This document shows, one piece after another, positions 21,904 to 33,613 of a stretch of DNA of 33,613 nucleotides (position 1 is the first letter of the stretch; every line of letters begins with the position of its first letter). The position numbers and the translations under genes are program-made. Source of the stretch: Octopus bimaculoides (taxonomy: Eukaryota); NCBI RefSeq assembly GCF_001194135.2, contig NC_068981.1, positions 102,417,411 to 102,451,023 of the forward strand. Reading direction: 5' to 3'. The notes beneath the pieces were generated by a model, which saw nothing but the letters and a program-made list of their open reading frames with translations, had not been told where the DNA came from and made no database searches.

Positions 21904-22857
21904 TGACCCTGAGAACTATGCCAGCAAAGCACAAGCTCCTGGATGGGTCACTCATGCTGGACAGGTCAAAGGATAGAGGCAAGGCTAAAATGGACCACTT
22001 CTTCCCAGAGGTAAAAGTAGGTTTGTGTAGGGTCAACACCTCTACCTTTTTTTTAAAAAAAAAAAAAGAAAAACTACAGAAGCATCAATGACCATTCAAA
22101 CCAATAAGACCTGGGAGAGGAATCATGATTCTCTCAGGGGATGTCATCCTCATACTGAAGAAGCAGCCCTGAAGACTGCCTTGATTCAAGAACCATAGAG
22201 AAAAGACATCAATGACCTATGCTCTATTTAGAAGTTAAAGATTTAGATAAGTTCTTGTGTTTTTTCATATCACATCTCTCTCCAATGTCTTATTTCATGA
22301 GCCAGTGGGGGAACCTTTAAAAGCTCTCTCTCTCTGTTAGAAATAATGACCAAATCTCACAAAAATTATATCCTCTCATCTTTAAAAAGGCTCTTAAAAC
22401 ACCTTATATTGACTTTCAATATACCATTTTAAAAGCCAACAATGGAATCTTCATGTTGTCAGTTAGTCTGTTAGAAATAATAACCAAATCCTCTATAAAT
22501 TACACTCTACCACTTCAAAAAGGATCTAAAATCATCTAAGATTTATGCGTTTGCATCTATGTGTTTTTGCATCATTTTGGCAATGATGAGGTTGCTTATA
22601 TTTTCCACAAACAAGACATTTTGCAGTGATTGAATGTGAAAAGGCATAGAATTAAGTATTTTACCTGAAAGAAGTATATCTAGCCATAGAATGTTACTTC
22701 AGAAAGTCTCATGCAACCCATGCCAGTATTGTAAAAGCAAATCCAATCCTATCCTACATCCTCAAGGAAAACAATGGAAAAATGTGAACAAAAATTACTT
22801 GTCCATACTCCTGTCTTGGTCACAACACTTGATGCATCAAATATTATTTTCTTTCAG

Positions 22858-23021
22858 TAGGCGTAGGAGTGGCTGTGTGCTAAGTAGCTTACTTATGAAC
22901 CACATGGTTCCGGGTTCAGTCCCACTACATGGCACCTTGGGCAAGTGTCTTCTACTATAGCCTCTGGCCAACCAAAGTCTTGTGAGTGGATTTGGTGGAC
23001 GGAAACTGAAAGAAGCCCATC

Positions 23022-23063
<42 letters not shown>

Positions 23064-23284
23064 ATGTTTATGTTTGTGTGTCTGTGTTTGTCCCCACAAC
23101 ATTGCTTGACAACCGATGCTGGTGTGTTTACGTCCCCGTAACTTAGCGGTTCGGCAAAACAGACTGAGAGAATAAGTACTAGGCTTACAAAGAATAAGTC
23201 CTGGGGTCGATTTACTCAACTAAAGGCGGTGCTCCAGCATGGCCACAGTCAAATGACTGAAACAAGTAAAAGAGTAAAAGAGTA
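22858..23284 (+). mobile_element. SINE family A copy, full length (young)
   Basis: TAGGCGTAGGAGTGGCTGTGTG head, CCGGGTTCAGTCCC B-box and (AAAGAGT) tail repeats. Confidence 0.9.
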
Positions 23285-23793
23285 CAGTTGTGCTCTGACA
23301 TTCATGGACACCAGTATTATACACTCAGAAGATCAGACTTGACTTATTTCTTTCCAGCTGTCATAAATCTTGATAGCATAACTAAGGATAATGGCGTTCT
23401 GCCCCAGGTGATGCTTTTATGGGGCCACCACTTTTGGGTCTAGTTTATAAGCCATGTTTAGGCTTTGAGCTCAGAGGTGAGAGGAAAACTTGAGGGTGGC
23501 CCTGGACAGTGCACACTCTAGCTATACCAAGGATAACCCCACCTCACATTCAGTGCCTATGTCTTACTAATTGATATACAAAAAGAAGCAAAGGTCCATG
23601 GCTGTATTGCTTTTCATCATAGGCCTGCTTGAAATGGGCTGAACTGGGTCTAAATAGTAACAACAACACCAACAAAAACAACAACAGCAACATCAGTATA
23701 TTTTAGATCTTAATTTCACTGTGTTTTCATTAATGATTAATACTCTCTTAAAATGCCTCATATTATCTTCTAATATAAAACACGTTATAACAC

Positions 23794-23890
23794 AGTGAGC
23801 TGGCACAAGCATCAGCATGCTGAGCGAAATGCTTAGCAGTATTTCATCTGTCTGTATGTTCTGAGTTCAAATTCTGCTGAGGTTGACTTG
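23794..23890 (+). mobile_element. SINE family B 5' fragment
   Basis: GTGAGCTGGCAC...GCGAAATGCTTAGC...CTGAGTTCAAATTCTGCTGAGGTTGACTT. Confidence 0.8.
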
Positions 23891-24082
23891 GGACACTGGG
23901 ACGCTGACAGGTGCTACTACTCCAGGTCAGAGCAGACCTGGAATCAGTAGTGTAGTCACTATTGATTCCAGATCAATAGTGACTATTGGTTCTGCATTCC
24001 TCAAAACCATGGAATTCCCAAGCCAGAGTTTCACTACTGGATACAGTTTAAAGTCATAACTATAACAAATTTCCTGGTACCA

Positions 24083-24528
24083 TCTTTTATCTTTTATCTT
24101 TTACTAGTTTCAGTCATTAGACTGCGGCCATACTGGGGCTTTGCCTTCAATTTTTACTTGAACGAATTGACCCCAATACTTACTTTTTAAGCCTGGTATT
24201 TATTTTATTAGTCTCTTTTGCAGGACTACTAAGTTACAGGGATGCAAACACACCAGCACCGGTTGTCAAACAGTGGTGGTGGGACAAACACATATAGAAA
24301 GACACACGCACATAGCTACACACACACATATGCATGCACACACGCACACACACACACAAATATACAACTAGCTTCTTTCAGTTTCCATCTACCAAATCCA
24401 CTCAGAAGGCTTTGATTGGCCTGAGGCTATAGAAGAAAACACCTGCCCAAGGTGCCCCACAGTGGGACTGAACCTGAAACTATGTGGTTGGGAAGCAAGC
24501 TTCTTACCACACAGCCATGTCTGTGCCT
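24083..24528 (-). mobile_element. SINE family A copy
   Basis: Both modules present on the - strand. Confidence 0.85.
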
Positions 24529-24829
24529 AAAATAAAAAAAATTTCTTGTCAGAAGTGTATTTGCTACCATGGTAACAAATACAACTTTCACCACCAGCGC
24601 CAACACCAGCACCAGCATCATAACAAGCGTCATCATCATAATAACTAAAATTATTGCTTGATATCATTATATCAATACTCCTCAACTATTTTACTCCTCC
24701 TGGTACCTATACCATCACCTGTCTGACATCACTGGGAATTATAGCATTACTACCTCCCCCCCTCCACTCTCTCAATTCAGCCATCACAAACCTCTCACAT
24801 ACCCTGCCCACACTCATCATCACCTAAAA

Positions 24830-25000
24830 CACTACCACCACAACCATCAACACTGCCGCAGCCGCCACCACCAGCATCATCATTATCATTATAGTCACCA
24901 TGACCACCACTACCATTATGATCGTTATCGTCCAACAACAAAACTAACCATTAAACCCGTATCTACTTCAACACTTACCTCCACCACCACCACCACCACC

Positions 25001-25031
<31 letters not shown>

Positions 25032-25255
25032 GCAACAATAACAATAACAACAACAACCTCAACCACAACAACAACAACAACAATACCCTAACCATCATCA
25101 AAACCACCACCGCCACCACCGTCACCACTACCGTCACCACCACCGTCACCACCACCACTGTCACCACTGCCACCACCACCGCCACCACCACTGCCACCAC
25201 TGCCACCGCCGCTACCAACAACAACCACTACTATTTCTGCTACAACTACCACCAT
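24830..25255. repeat. Compound (CAC)n/(AAC)n trinucleotide array
   Basis: Read directly. Confidence 0.9.
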
Positions 25256-25416
25256 CATGCCAGATAGATTTAAAGGTACTACTTTCCAACCACCCTCTCA
25301 AAATACTTCACCCCATACGGAAATCAATTGGAAAGCATTTGGTTTTCATAATTGGAAAAAGTGAATCCATTTGCTGGAAACAGAACATTACAATCTTGAA
25401 TCAATTTGGTTTTACC

Positions 25417-25432
25417 ATTATTATTATTATTA

Positions 25433-25515
<83 letters not shown>
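25417..25515. repeat. (TTA)n microsatellite
   Basis: Read directly. Confidence 0.95.
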
Positions 25516-25712
25516 TCCTTTTTTCTTTTTTTTCTTTTTGCCATATTTTAGCTTCTTACCAAAAGATAAATACTATAGAATTTTCATCTCTGAATTTCTT
25601 TCATTCAACATTTTCTTTGCTTTAAAATCAAAATAGCTCTCTCTCTAAGTATTTTTTTCTCCTTCCATAACTTTGCTATGCTCCTCCTCTTTACTTTTGT
25701 TTCCATTTTCTC

Positions 25713-25713
25713 T

Positions 25714-25770
<57 letters not shown>

Positions 25771-25955
25771 ATTCATCTCTCTCTCTCTCTCTCTCTTTCT
25801 ATCTATCTATCTATCTATCTATCGATCTGTCTATTTATGTCTGTCTGTCTATCTATCTATTTATGTAACTATGTATGTATGTATGTATGTATGTATGTAT
25901 GTATGTATCTATATATCTATCTATTCTATCCATCTATCTATCTATCTATCTATCT
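25713..25955. repeat. Compound (TCTA)n/(CT)n/(TGTA)n array
   Basis: Read directly. Confidence 0.95.
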
Positions 25956-26260
25956 TTCCACTCAATAGATTTATGATCCAGGAAGCTGGCAAAAACTGTA
26001 GAGCACTAGATTTTTCCCTACCCTCTCTATATTTGGTTTTGTATCAAACATAGGTTCCTGGATCCAAATCTTTCCAGAGTCAGTTTCATTTATTTTATCA
26101 GTTCAAGAAGAAATATATAAACACCAATGACATTTATGTATGCACAGCGTATATGTGTGTGTATGCATTTGTACATGAATATTGTTTATTATTATTATTG
26201 CTGCTGCTGCTGCTGCTGCTGCTGTTGTTGTTGCTGTTTTTGTTGTTGTTGTTGTTGTCA

Positions 26261-26297
<37 letters not shown>

Positions 26298-26301
<4 letters not shown>

Positions 26302-28115
26302 TAGTCTTATTTTTACCATGTGATTTCGCTACACTACTGAGCACAGCTCTGTGTGCCTTGGGTATGTGCTGTGGCCTATATTGTAGTTGTTATTTTCACT
26401 GGTGTTGTTATTTTCACACTTAGGATGTGTATGATGACTAGTAATGATATTTTCTGTATATTATATTATATTTGTAAGTCCTGGTGTTTTGGTTATGTAT
26501 TTGTCTATATGCTATTTAATCATACCTAACACACCTGCTATTATAGGGATTGTTTCTGTTTTTAGGCTCCACATTCAGGTTATCTCAATTTCCAGATCTT
26601 TGCATTTTGAGAGTTTCTCTGTTTCTCATTTAGAGATACATTGCAATCTGTTGAGATTGATACTCTGATTAGAAGACATCTTTTTTCTTGATGGTCTCTG
26701 ACAACTACATCCAATTTAATTAGCCTTGATCTCTCTGTAGGTATTGGTATATTCCAGAGTATGGTTGCTTTGTCATTTTCTGATACCTTTTCTGGGGTGT
26801 ACCTATACCATCTTTTTTCTGTTGTTATTTAATAGTGTTGGCATAGCTTCCAGTGTGTATAGGTCCCAACTCAGTCATATCTGTGAATATATTCCTTCTT
26901 AACCAGGCAGCCAGAGACAATATGATTTATTGTTTCTTCCTCATCACCACATATTCTGCAGTTACTTACTGTATATTTCTTCATTATATGTTTTTGGAGA
27001 GACTTTGATCTTGTGCTGCAAATAAAAACCTGCTTTGAGCCCTGAGCTTCTCAACCACTGTTGGGATTTTTCTTTGTCTATTTCTTTTCTGTTTTACTTA
27101 CCCAGAATTTGCTATGTAAAATATTTTCTTGCTATCGTTTTATCATGGTATTTTGTAATTTCAGTTTGAGCTTATATTTTAGTTGCTTTATAGCTTTTGT
27201 TGCTTGTTCCTTTTTCTTCATCGTTGTCAAGTATTATGACTCCTTTCAGTATTTTTCCTTAAAGACAGAAAACAGTTTTTTGTTTTACTCATGCTTTGTG
27301 GATATTTGTACCAGTTTTCCTTGGTTCAAAGATATTTCTGTAACCCTATGGTGGATATTTTATAGTAGTTTTCTAATTGTATAAAGCCTCTATCACATTC
27401 AATTCATTGTATATATAACTTTTCCATATCAGATTTTGGGTGATGTATTCTAAATTCTGTCATTATTTTTTTTTTTTTGTTTTCCTCTCTGGTTTGGTTA
27501 GTTCATTTAGTATCCAATTAAGAAAATTGTAACTGAAACTTATAACTAGAACAGTTAGAGTATTGATACTGATAATCTTGTTTTTCACATTGAATTCTGT
27601 TTTAAGTATTAATCTAACTCATCTGTAGTATGACTTCCTTATCACCCCTTTCATTTGTGCCTTATCTAGTTCATTGATTCCTAAGTATTTCTATGTCTGG
27701 GTTTGGTCATTGATTCCTTAGTATTGTATGTCTGGGTTTACTTTTATTACATTTTCTTTATCTAGTGTGATATTTTTTTCTCTTAACTAGTTTTCCTCTT
27801 TTCAAGGTTGCTATGGTACATTTTACTAAGCTGAATTTTATATTCATTTCTTTGTTAAATCCATACACAGTCTGTAGTAATGTTACCAGCTCTTTATCAT
27901 TTGCAGCATATAGTTTTAAATCATGCATGTACAAGAGATGGTTGATTGTTTTACCATAACAGTTATATTCACATCCAGTTTTGTTTAGCATGTTGGTTAA
28001 AGGTGTCAGTGCCAGACAGAAAAAGAGTGGAAAAAGTGAGTCTCCTTCTAATGAGGATGGCTTTAGTTTTTGTCTGAAGCTGCAGAACTGTTTGTCACTT
28101 ATTCATGGCATGCTT
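26298..28115 (-). mobile_element. R4/Dong-clade non-LTR retrotransposon copy 1, 5'-truncated (RT, CCHC finger, RLE endonuclease)
   Basis: GDSLFPLFFCLALTPL, INHLLYMHDLKLY, YYR*VRLILKTEFNVKNKI.SINTL, HHPKSDMEKLY, AQDQSL, CRICGDEEETINHIVSGC, KATILWN, LDVVVRD, ETIPIIAGVLG. Contains stops and frameshifts. Confidence 0.9.
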
Positions 28116-28191
28116 TATATATTTTATTTTCATTGGTGCTACCATGTTCATGGTTTTAATTATTATCATTATTATACATATTAATATTATT

Positions 28192-28402
28192 AAGGTGGTG
28201 AGCTGGCAGAATCGTTGGCATGCCAAGCAAAATGGTTAGTGTCATTTTGTCTGTCTTTAGGTTCTGAGTTGATATTCTGTTGGGGTCAACTTTGCCTTTC
28301 ATCTTTTTGGGGTCGATGAATAAGTACCAGTTAAATACTGGGATCAATGTAGTCAACTTGCCCCTTCCCCAAAATTGTTGGTTTTGTGCCAAAATTTGAA
28401 AC
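28192..28402 (+). mobile_element. SINE family B copy between the two R4/Dong elements
   Basis: AAGGTGGTGAGCTGGCAGAATCGTTGG head and family B core; ends AAAATTTGAAAC followed by (TAT)n. Confidence 0.85.
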
Positions 28403-28435
<33 letters not shown>

Positions 28436-30043
28436 GTAATGAAAACTCACAGCTTATTTTGCTGGGTATGATGGAAAGTGTCAGCTGTCCACAACCAGCA
28501 GACTTAGGTAACACTTGTCTACTGGTCATGCTTCAAGAACCCTGTGAAGAATTCTTGCAGTTCTAAGAAATGCTGATTTTTGTAGATGTTCTACCTTCAC
28601 ACTTGCACCAATCATTTTTAGCCACGTTGGTAGTTGAGTGCTGATACTTCCAACTGCACCAATTACTACTGGTATCACATCTACTCTCTTCATTGACCAC
28701 AACATTCGTATTTCTCACTTCAAATCATCATAGTTGTTTTTTCTTTCTTCTTTCACATTGATTCTGTTGTCACCAGGGCATGTTATGTCAATTATCATGC
28801 ATGTTCTTACTTTTTTATCCACCACAATAATGTCCAGTTTGCAATGTCTGGTTGGCTGATTGTACTGGATCATTGCATCTCACAAAATTTTGCAATACTC
28901 ATTCTTGGTGACTTTTTCTGTGGTTTACTCAAACAATGCCTTTGCTCTTTGTAGGCTATGATTACCACAGAGCTCCCAATAGGTCGTTCTTGCCACATTG
29001 TCATAGCATCTTATCTATTCATGTTGTGCTAATTTGGGGCATTTGCTAACGATGTGCCATACCGTTTCACCCCTCTCACCACACATTTTGCATTTGTTAC
29101 TATTGGTAGTGTTGTCTATTCTGCACTTCACATAGTTGGTCCTTAATGCTTGTTCTTGGGCTGTGCATATGAGTGCTTCTGTCTCTATCTTCAGGTCACT
29201 CCTCCTCATCCATAGCTACCGGTCCTCTGTATCTGTCTTGGTGTTCATATCTCTTGCAAACTGACCATACATTTCTTTTTCCTTCCATGCTTTTTCTTTT
29301 TTCTTGTTTAAATTTTTCTTTCATTATACAATTTTCAGTTTTGATGACACTGACCTTCTTCATATTTTTCAACAGTAGCTCCATGGCATTTTTCATATAC
29401 CACCCTGAACTGTTTTCCTCTGATTCGATACAGTCCTAACAACTGATGAAGCCTCTCCTACCCTTTCTTCTGGACAAGTACAGCCTATCAATGTCAGCAT
29501 TTTTCTGGTCTTGGTATCCATTTTCTTCACTTCTCTCTTGCCATTTTATGATTCCTGTTCCATACCAAAGTGATACTATTGCCCATATATCAACTGCTTG
29601 AATTTTATTCCATCCAGTCGATTTTGAGTGTGACACCAACCTTAGTCTTCAAAAATATTCCATCCTCAGTTGCTCCTTCATTTCCTTCTCTGTTATCTTG
29701 TTGAACTCCAGTACACCAAGGTATTTGTAGCCTTCCGTTTCAATTTGTTTAATCATGTCTCTATTTGATAATTCTATCCCTTCTAGGGACTGTACCTTGC
29801 CTCTTTTTATGTAGATTATTCCGCACTTCTTGAATCCAAATTCCATTCTAATGTCAGTACTAAAATAGTGGACCATGTTCACCAAGGAACTCAATTGTGT
29901 CTCATCCTTGCCATACAGTTTCAAATCATCCACGAAGAAGAGGTGGTTGATTACTTGGGATTTTTCCTTTAGTTGGTACCCCTGTTTCATTTTCCTAAGT
30001 ACCAAGGCAAGGGGTATCATGCAGAGAATGAACAGCAATGGAG

Positions 30044-30045
<2 letters not shown>
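28436..30045 (-). mobile_element. R4/Dong-clade non-LTR retrotransposon copy 2, 5'-truncated
   Basis: PLLFILCMIPL, INHLFFVDDLKLYGKDE, YKYLGVLE, DIDRLYLSR, ETEALICTAQEQALRTNY, CKMCGERGETVWHIVSKC, LDIIVVDKK..CMIIDITCPGD, DVIPVVIGAVG. Flanked by (TTA)n on both sides. Confidence 0.92.
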
Positions 30046-30078
<33 letters not shown>

Positions 30079-30389
30079 CATTGTTATTATTGTTATTATT
30101 AATGTTACCGATTGATAGAATCACTTGCATATCAGAAAATACTTGCTTCATGCTCTTGCTTAATGGGGCTGGGGTCATCTCAGGTTAGTGGTCCCAGAGA
30201 CTTCATCATGCACAGAGATGACTATGTTCGGCTCATGTTTTGAGTTCAAATCTTACTGAGGTCAGTATTGTCTTTCAAGTCTTCAAAATCAATAAATTAA
30301 TATATCAGTCAAGTAATGGAGCCCATGGCATCATTTAGTCCCATTCCACCAAATTTAAGGCTCTGTACATATTTTAGAAATATTATGAT

Positions 30390-30610
30390 GAGAGACACCA
30401 GCAGAATCATTAGTGTGTTTGAGATAAGCCCTTGTTGTATTTCTTTGACTCCTTATGTTTTGGGTTCAAATACTGCTTAGTCAACTTTGGCTTTCATTCT
30501 TCTGGGGTCAATAAAATAGCATACTTATCAACTACTGGGGTGGTGGTGGGGTCAGTGTAATTGACTAACCTCACCCTCTCAAAAATACAGTTTGTGTGCC
30601 TATTGTGAAT
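30390..30610 (+). mobile_element. SINE family B copy, old and degenerate
   Basis: CAGCAGAATCATTAG...GGGTTCAAATAC...CAACTTTGGCTTTCATTCTTCTGGGGTCAATAAAAT. Confidence 0.65.
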
Positions 30611-30803
30611 AGCCACCTAGGTATACTGATGTTGCTCTGCCTGCCTACCTGCCTGCCTGCTTGTCTGGCTATCTGTCTGTCTATTTGTATGTTTGTATGT
30701 ATGTCTCAGTATATTTAGGCACCCATCAAGTCATGTTTATTATGTGTGTGTGTGGAAGGACTGTGGCCATCCAGAAACGATCTGATTGGTTGTTTCTGTA
30801 TCA

Positions 30804-31142
30804 TTTTATCTTTTACCTATTTTAGTCATTGGACTGCAGCCATGCTGAAGGCACCACTTTGAAGGGTTTTAGTTAACACTTTAACATTCTGATAATTCTG
30901 TCAAATGTAACACTTATTTATTGACATTGTTTTGAATTAATTATATATTATTTTATAGCATTGAGATTTCAATTATGTGATTGTTTATTTTATGACTAAC
31001 ATTGTAGGGTAAATGTGAGAGGCTGGATTTGGCCAGTTTGAACATAAAACAGGTAAAATATTTTGACCAGCTTAAATGCTAAAGGCTTAAACAAATCACC
31101 CATAGTACTCTATCAGTATCTTTTGCTGAACAGCTAAGTTAT
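30804..31142 (-). mobile_element. SINE family A 3' module split by a piggyBac-type MITE
   Basis: GGACTGCAGCCATGCTGAAGGCACC...TTAG|TTAA..TTAA|ACAAATC...GCTGAACAGCTAAGTTA. Confidence 0.7.
30877..31086. mobile_element. piggyBac-type MITE (210 bp, degenerate) with TTAA duplication
   Basis: TTAA|CACTTTAACATT ... AATGCTAAAGGC|TTAA; TTAA at 30873-30876 and 31087-31090. Confidence 0.7.
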
Positions 31143-32454
31143 GTTATGCTGGTTATATAGCCTGTGAATGATATTAGCTGCTCGTTTAATAGTGGTATTT
31201 TAATCTATTTAGCTCAGAGCTTTTGAATCATTGTTACCTTTGATGTTGCTTTACCTCTTTTCTCTCCAGTCTTGCCAGGTATTGAGAAAGGAGAAGCTTT
31301 TCCTCCATTACTATTTTAGTATATTTTCAATCTGTCTTTAATCTCATCTTTTGTTTTCTTTTATCTTCTATTCAGTTGTTGTGTTTGAACCATTTCATTC
31401 AGTGGTCTTAACTTACTGTTTATTGTTTCTTCATATACAGTGAAACTTCTTTTTTTTCTTTTAATGGGTAGAAAACAAAAGAAAGCCAGAGAAAAACAAG
31501 AACAAAGTTAGATTTAACAGTGTTTCTTTATGTTCTACCTTTATGATAATAGACTTTGTGGAGTCTAAGTGACTCTAGAATTCAAAGCAGTTAAATAAGA
31601 CATCTTTAAACAAAGATTGTGAATATATGATAAAAGCGAACAACAGTAAAAACATAAGTTATGCTTGAATAGTAATTCATGCATGGAACAAACAAGTTTC
31701 TTCATACAACATTAATAAAAAGTTAATTGTACTTAATGAATCGTATAAAGAGTTCATCCATATGGTCCTGTTTGTTACAGTCAAATGTGTAATTCAGTAT
31801 TGTAGAAATAATGATAATGGATGTTTTTGAGTTAGTGTTCTATTTGAAGGTCATAACTGTGTGTGTAAATAATGGCACAGAAGTAAGAGAAAAAGAAGAT
31901 ATTTTTTAAACTGATAAAAACAGAAACTGACAAAGGATTTTTCATTCTGCTTTTGTGCCTTGTGATTTATAATGGCTGAAAAAATAAAGAAAAAGAGCTC
32001 ATTCTTTTTTGTGTTGTTACTTCCTGGATGTCAGAGGAGAGATAAGAAAGGTCAACTGCATGACATGCAGAGTCAATGAGTGAAGAGCAAAAATTCTTTC
32101 AATTTTCCCCTTATATAGTCAAAATGGCTGATAAATTGCTGGTTGTTGATTGGCTTAAATAAAATAGGATGAAATGCAAAAATGTTACCTGCTGCATGAA
32201 GACTTGTGTAAAGATGTTGCACATGTGAAGATTGTTTTATTCCACAGAAAACACAAAATAGGAATATATTTGCTAATTGCCACTAGGAACTGTAACAAAT
32301 CTGAGTGACTTTAAAATGGTTTTGATATAAAAGAGCTACTATTTCAGCATAAAACCATGTAAAAAATAGTGCAATGTTTTTGAGCATCAGTGAACACAGT
32401 ATTTCAATACAAGGCTTGTGTTGATGAAATATATATATATATATATATATATAT

Positions 32455-33613
32455 CAGGTCATCCCATAAGTTCTGTTCGAATTTTGAATAAAGAAAACAA
32501 GTGATCAAATGTTATATTTAATTGAAATTTAATCATCAATGTACTTTCCTTGATTATCTATGACGTCCTTCCATCTATTTACAAACTTTTTAATCCCATC
32601 AATGTAAAACTCTTTGGTTTCAAAGCGAAGAACTCTGAAATGTCAGTTTCGACCTCCTCCTGGCTTGCAAAAGTTATGTCCCCCCAAATGATTCTGTAAA
32701 CTATGAAACAAATGGTAGTCTGAAGGTGCAAGATCGGGAGAATAAGGTGGATGAGGAATTTTTTCCCAACCAAGCTCTTCGATATTCTGTAATGTGATCT
32801 TTGCAGTGTGGGGTCGCGCATTGTCCTGATGAAACATCACTCCTTTTCGATTTACAAAAGCGGGTCTTTTTTCCTCCAAAGCTTGGTTCAAATGCTCTAA
32901 TTACTGATAGTAGACTTGAGCATTGATTCTTGCATTAAGTGGTAACAATTCAAAGTGAATTACTCCTTTGCAATCCCACCAGATAGAGAGAAGAACCTTT
33001 TTTCCATGAAGTTCCCTTCTCGGTTATGGTTGAGTTTTTTTCCTTTTACTAAGCCACTGTTTACGACATTTAACATTTTGATAGAAGAACCATTTTTTGT
33101 CACCAGTCACAAGTCTATCCAAAAAGGGTGAAATGTGTTTGTGAGAATGGAGAGAAGAGCAGATGTCAACTCAGGATTTGCAGTCGTTTTCGGAAAATTC
33201 ATGAGGCGCCCATTTTTCAAGTTTAGCAAACTTTCTAAGTTGTTGAAGATGACAATGAACAGTTGTATGGTTTGAACTAAGCTTTATTGCCAATTCTTCA
33301 ACTGATAATGCAGGATTTTCTTCAAGTAATGCCTCAAGGAGCTTATCATCAAACTCAACTGGATGTCCTGTTCGATCTTCATCTTCACGGCTGAAATCTC
33401 TACTTCTGAATTTTGCAAACAATCTTCTGGAAGTTCTTTCATTCAAGCATTCTTTCCCATAAACTGATTGTATGTTTCGAGTCACTTTAGCTGCAGAGTT
33501 TCCTTTTTTGTACTCATAAAGCATTATGTGCCTCAAATGCTCTTTGGATACTTCCATGTTAGAAAGGGTTTTAATCAAAGAAATTTTAATTCTATTATTC
33601 TGTAAAATAATAT
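32455..33613 (-). mobile_element. Mariner (DD34D) transposon pseudogene; runs off the window end
   Basis: KEHLRHIMLYEY HTH N-terminus, WAPHE, VTGDKKW, FHQDNARPH and YSPDLAPSDYHLF, with 34 residues between the second and third D. In-frame stops and frameshifts. A TIR-like CAGGTCATCCCATAAG follows (TA)n. Confidence 0.92.

Noticed and set aside
21904-22200. Segment resembling an RTE 5' UTR
   Set aside because: Resemblance from memory only; no ORF motif follows.
22333-22523. Two degenerate 57-bp direct repeats 134 bp apart
   Set aside because: Only two diverged copies; not CRISPR-like and no function can be supported.
23375-23528. Possible PIF/Harbinger-like MITE (AGCATAACTAAG ... CTCTAGCTATACC)
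   Set aside because: Terminal match too degenerate and no clear TSD.
32010-32090. ETS-like ACTTCCTG, GATA motif and CTGCATGACATGCAG palindrome in apparently unique sequence
   Set aside because: Short motifs are expected by chance; there is no evidence of a promoter.

Overview
AT-rich, repeat-saturated, non-genic eukaryotic DNA. The SINE families, RTE tails and very heavy microsatellite load look like an octopus (cephalopod) genome; this is inferred from repeat recognition, not a database search. No host protein-coding gene, rRNA, tRNA or CRISPR array is supported, and almost all ORFs in the track are microsatellite or SINE artefacts. The window is a layered graveyard of mobile elements. It contains two tRNA-derived SINE families (about 20 copies) and many RTE-clade LINE 3' fragments with (GAT)n tails. 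A CR1-like RT relic is split by a Tc1-like MITE and a SINE. Two tandem 5'-truncated R4/Dong-clade retrotransposons sit in TAA microsatellites. There are also two mariner relics (one DD34D), a hAT (Buster/Charlie-like) relic and two TTAA-flanked piggyBac-type MITEs. The most notable unannotated signal is a set of minimal type I hammerhead-ribozyme motifs of the Penelope-like-element type. One sits in each of two 255-bp inverted arms (7880-8134 and 8868-9122), and a variant-core copy lies at 6361-6396. An RTE insertion also shows twin-priming-like inversion geometry. Assembly gaps lie at 8506-8515, 8618-8627, 9232-9241, 11891-11900 and 20164-20533.
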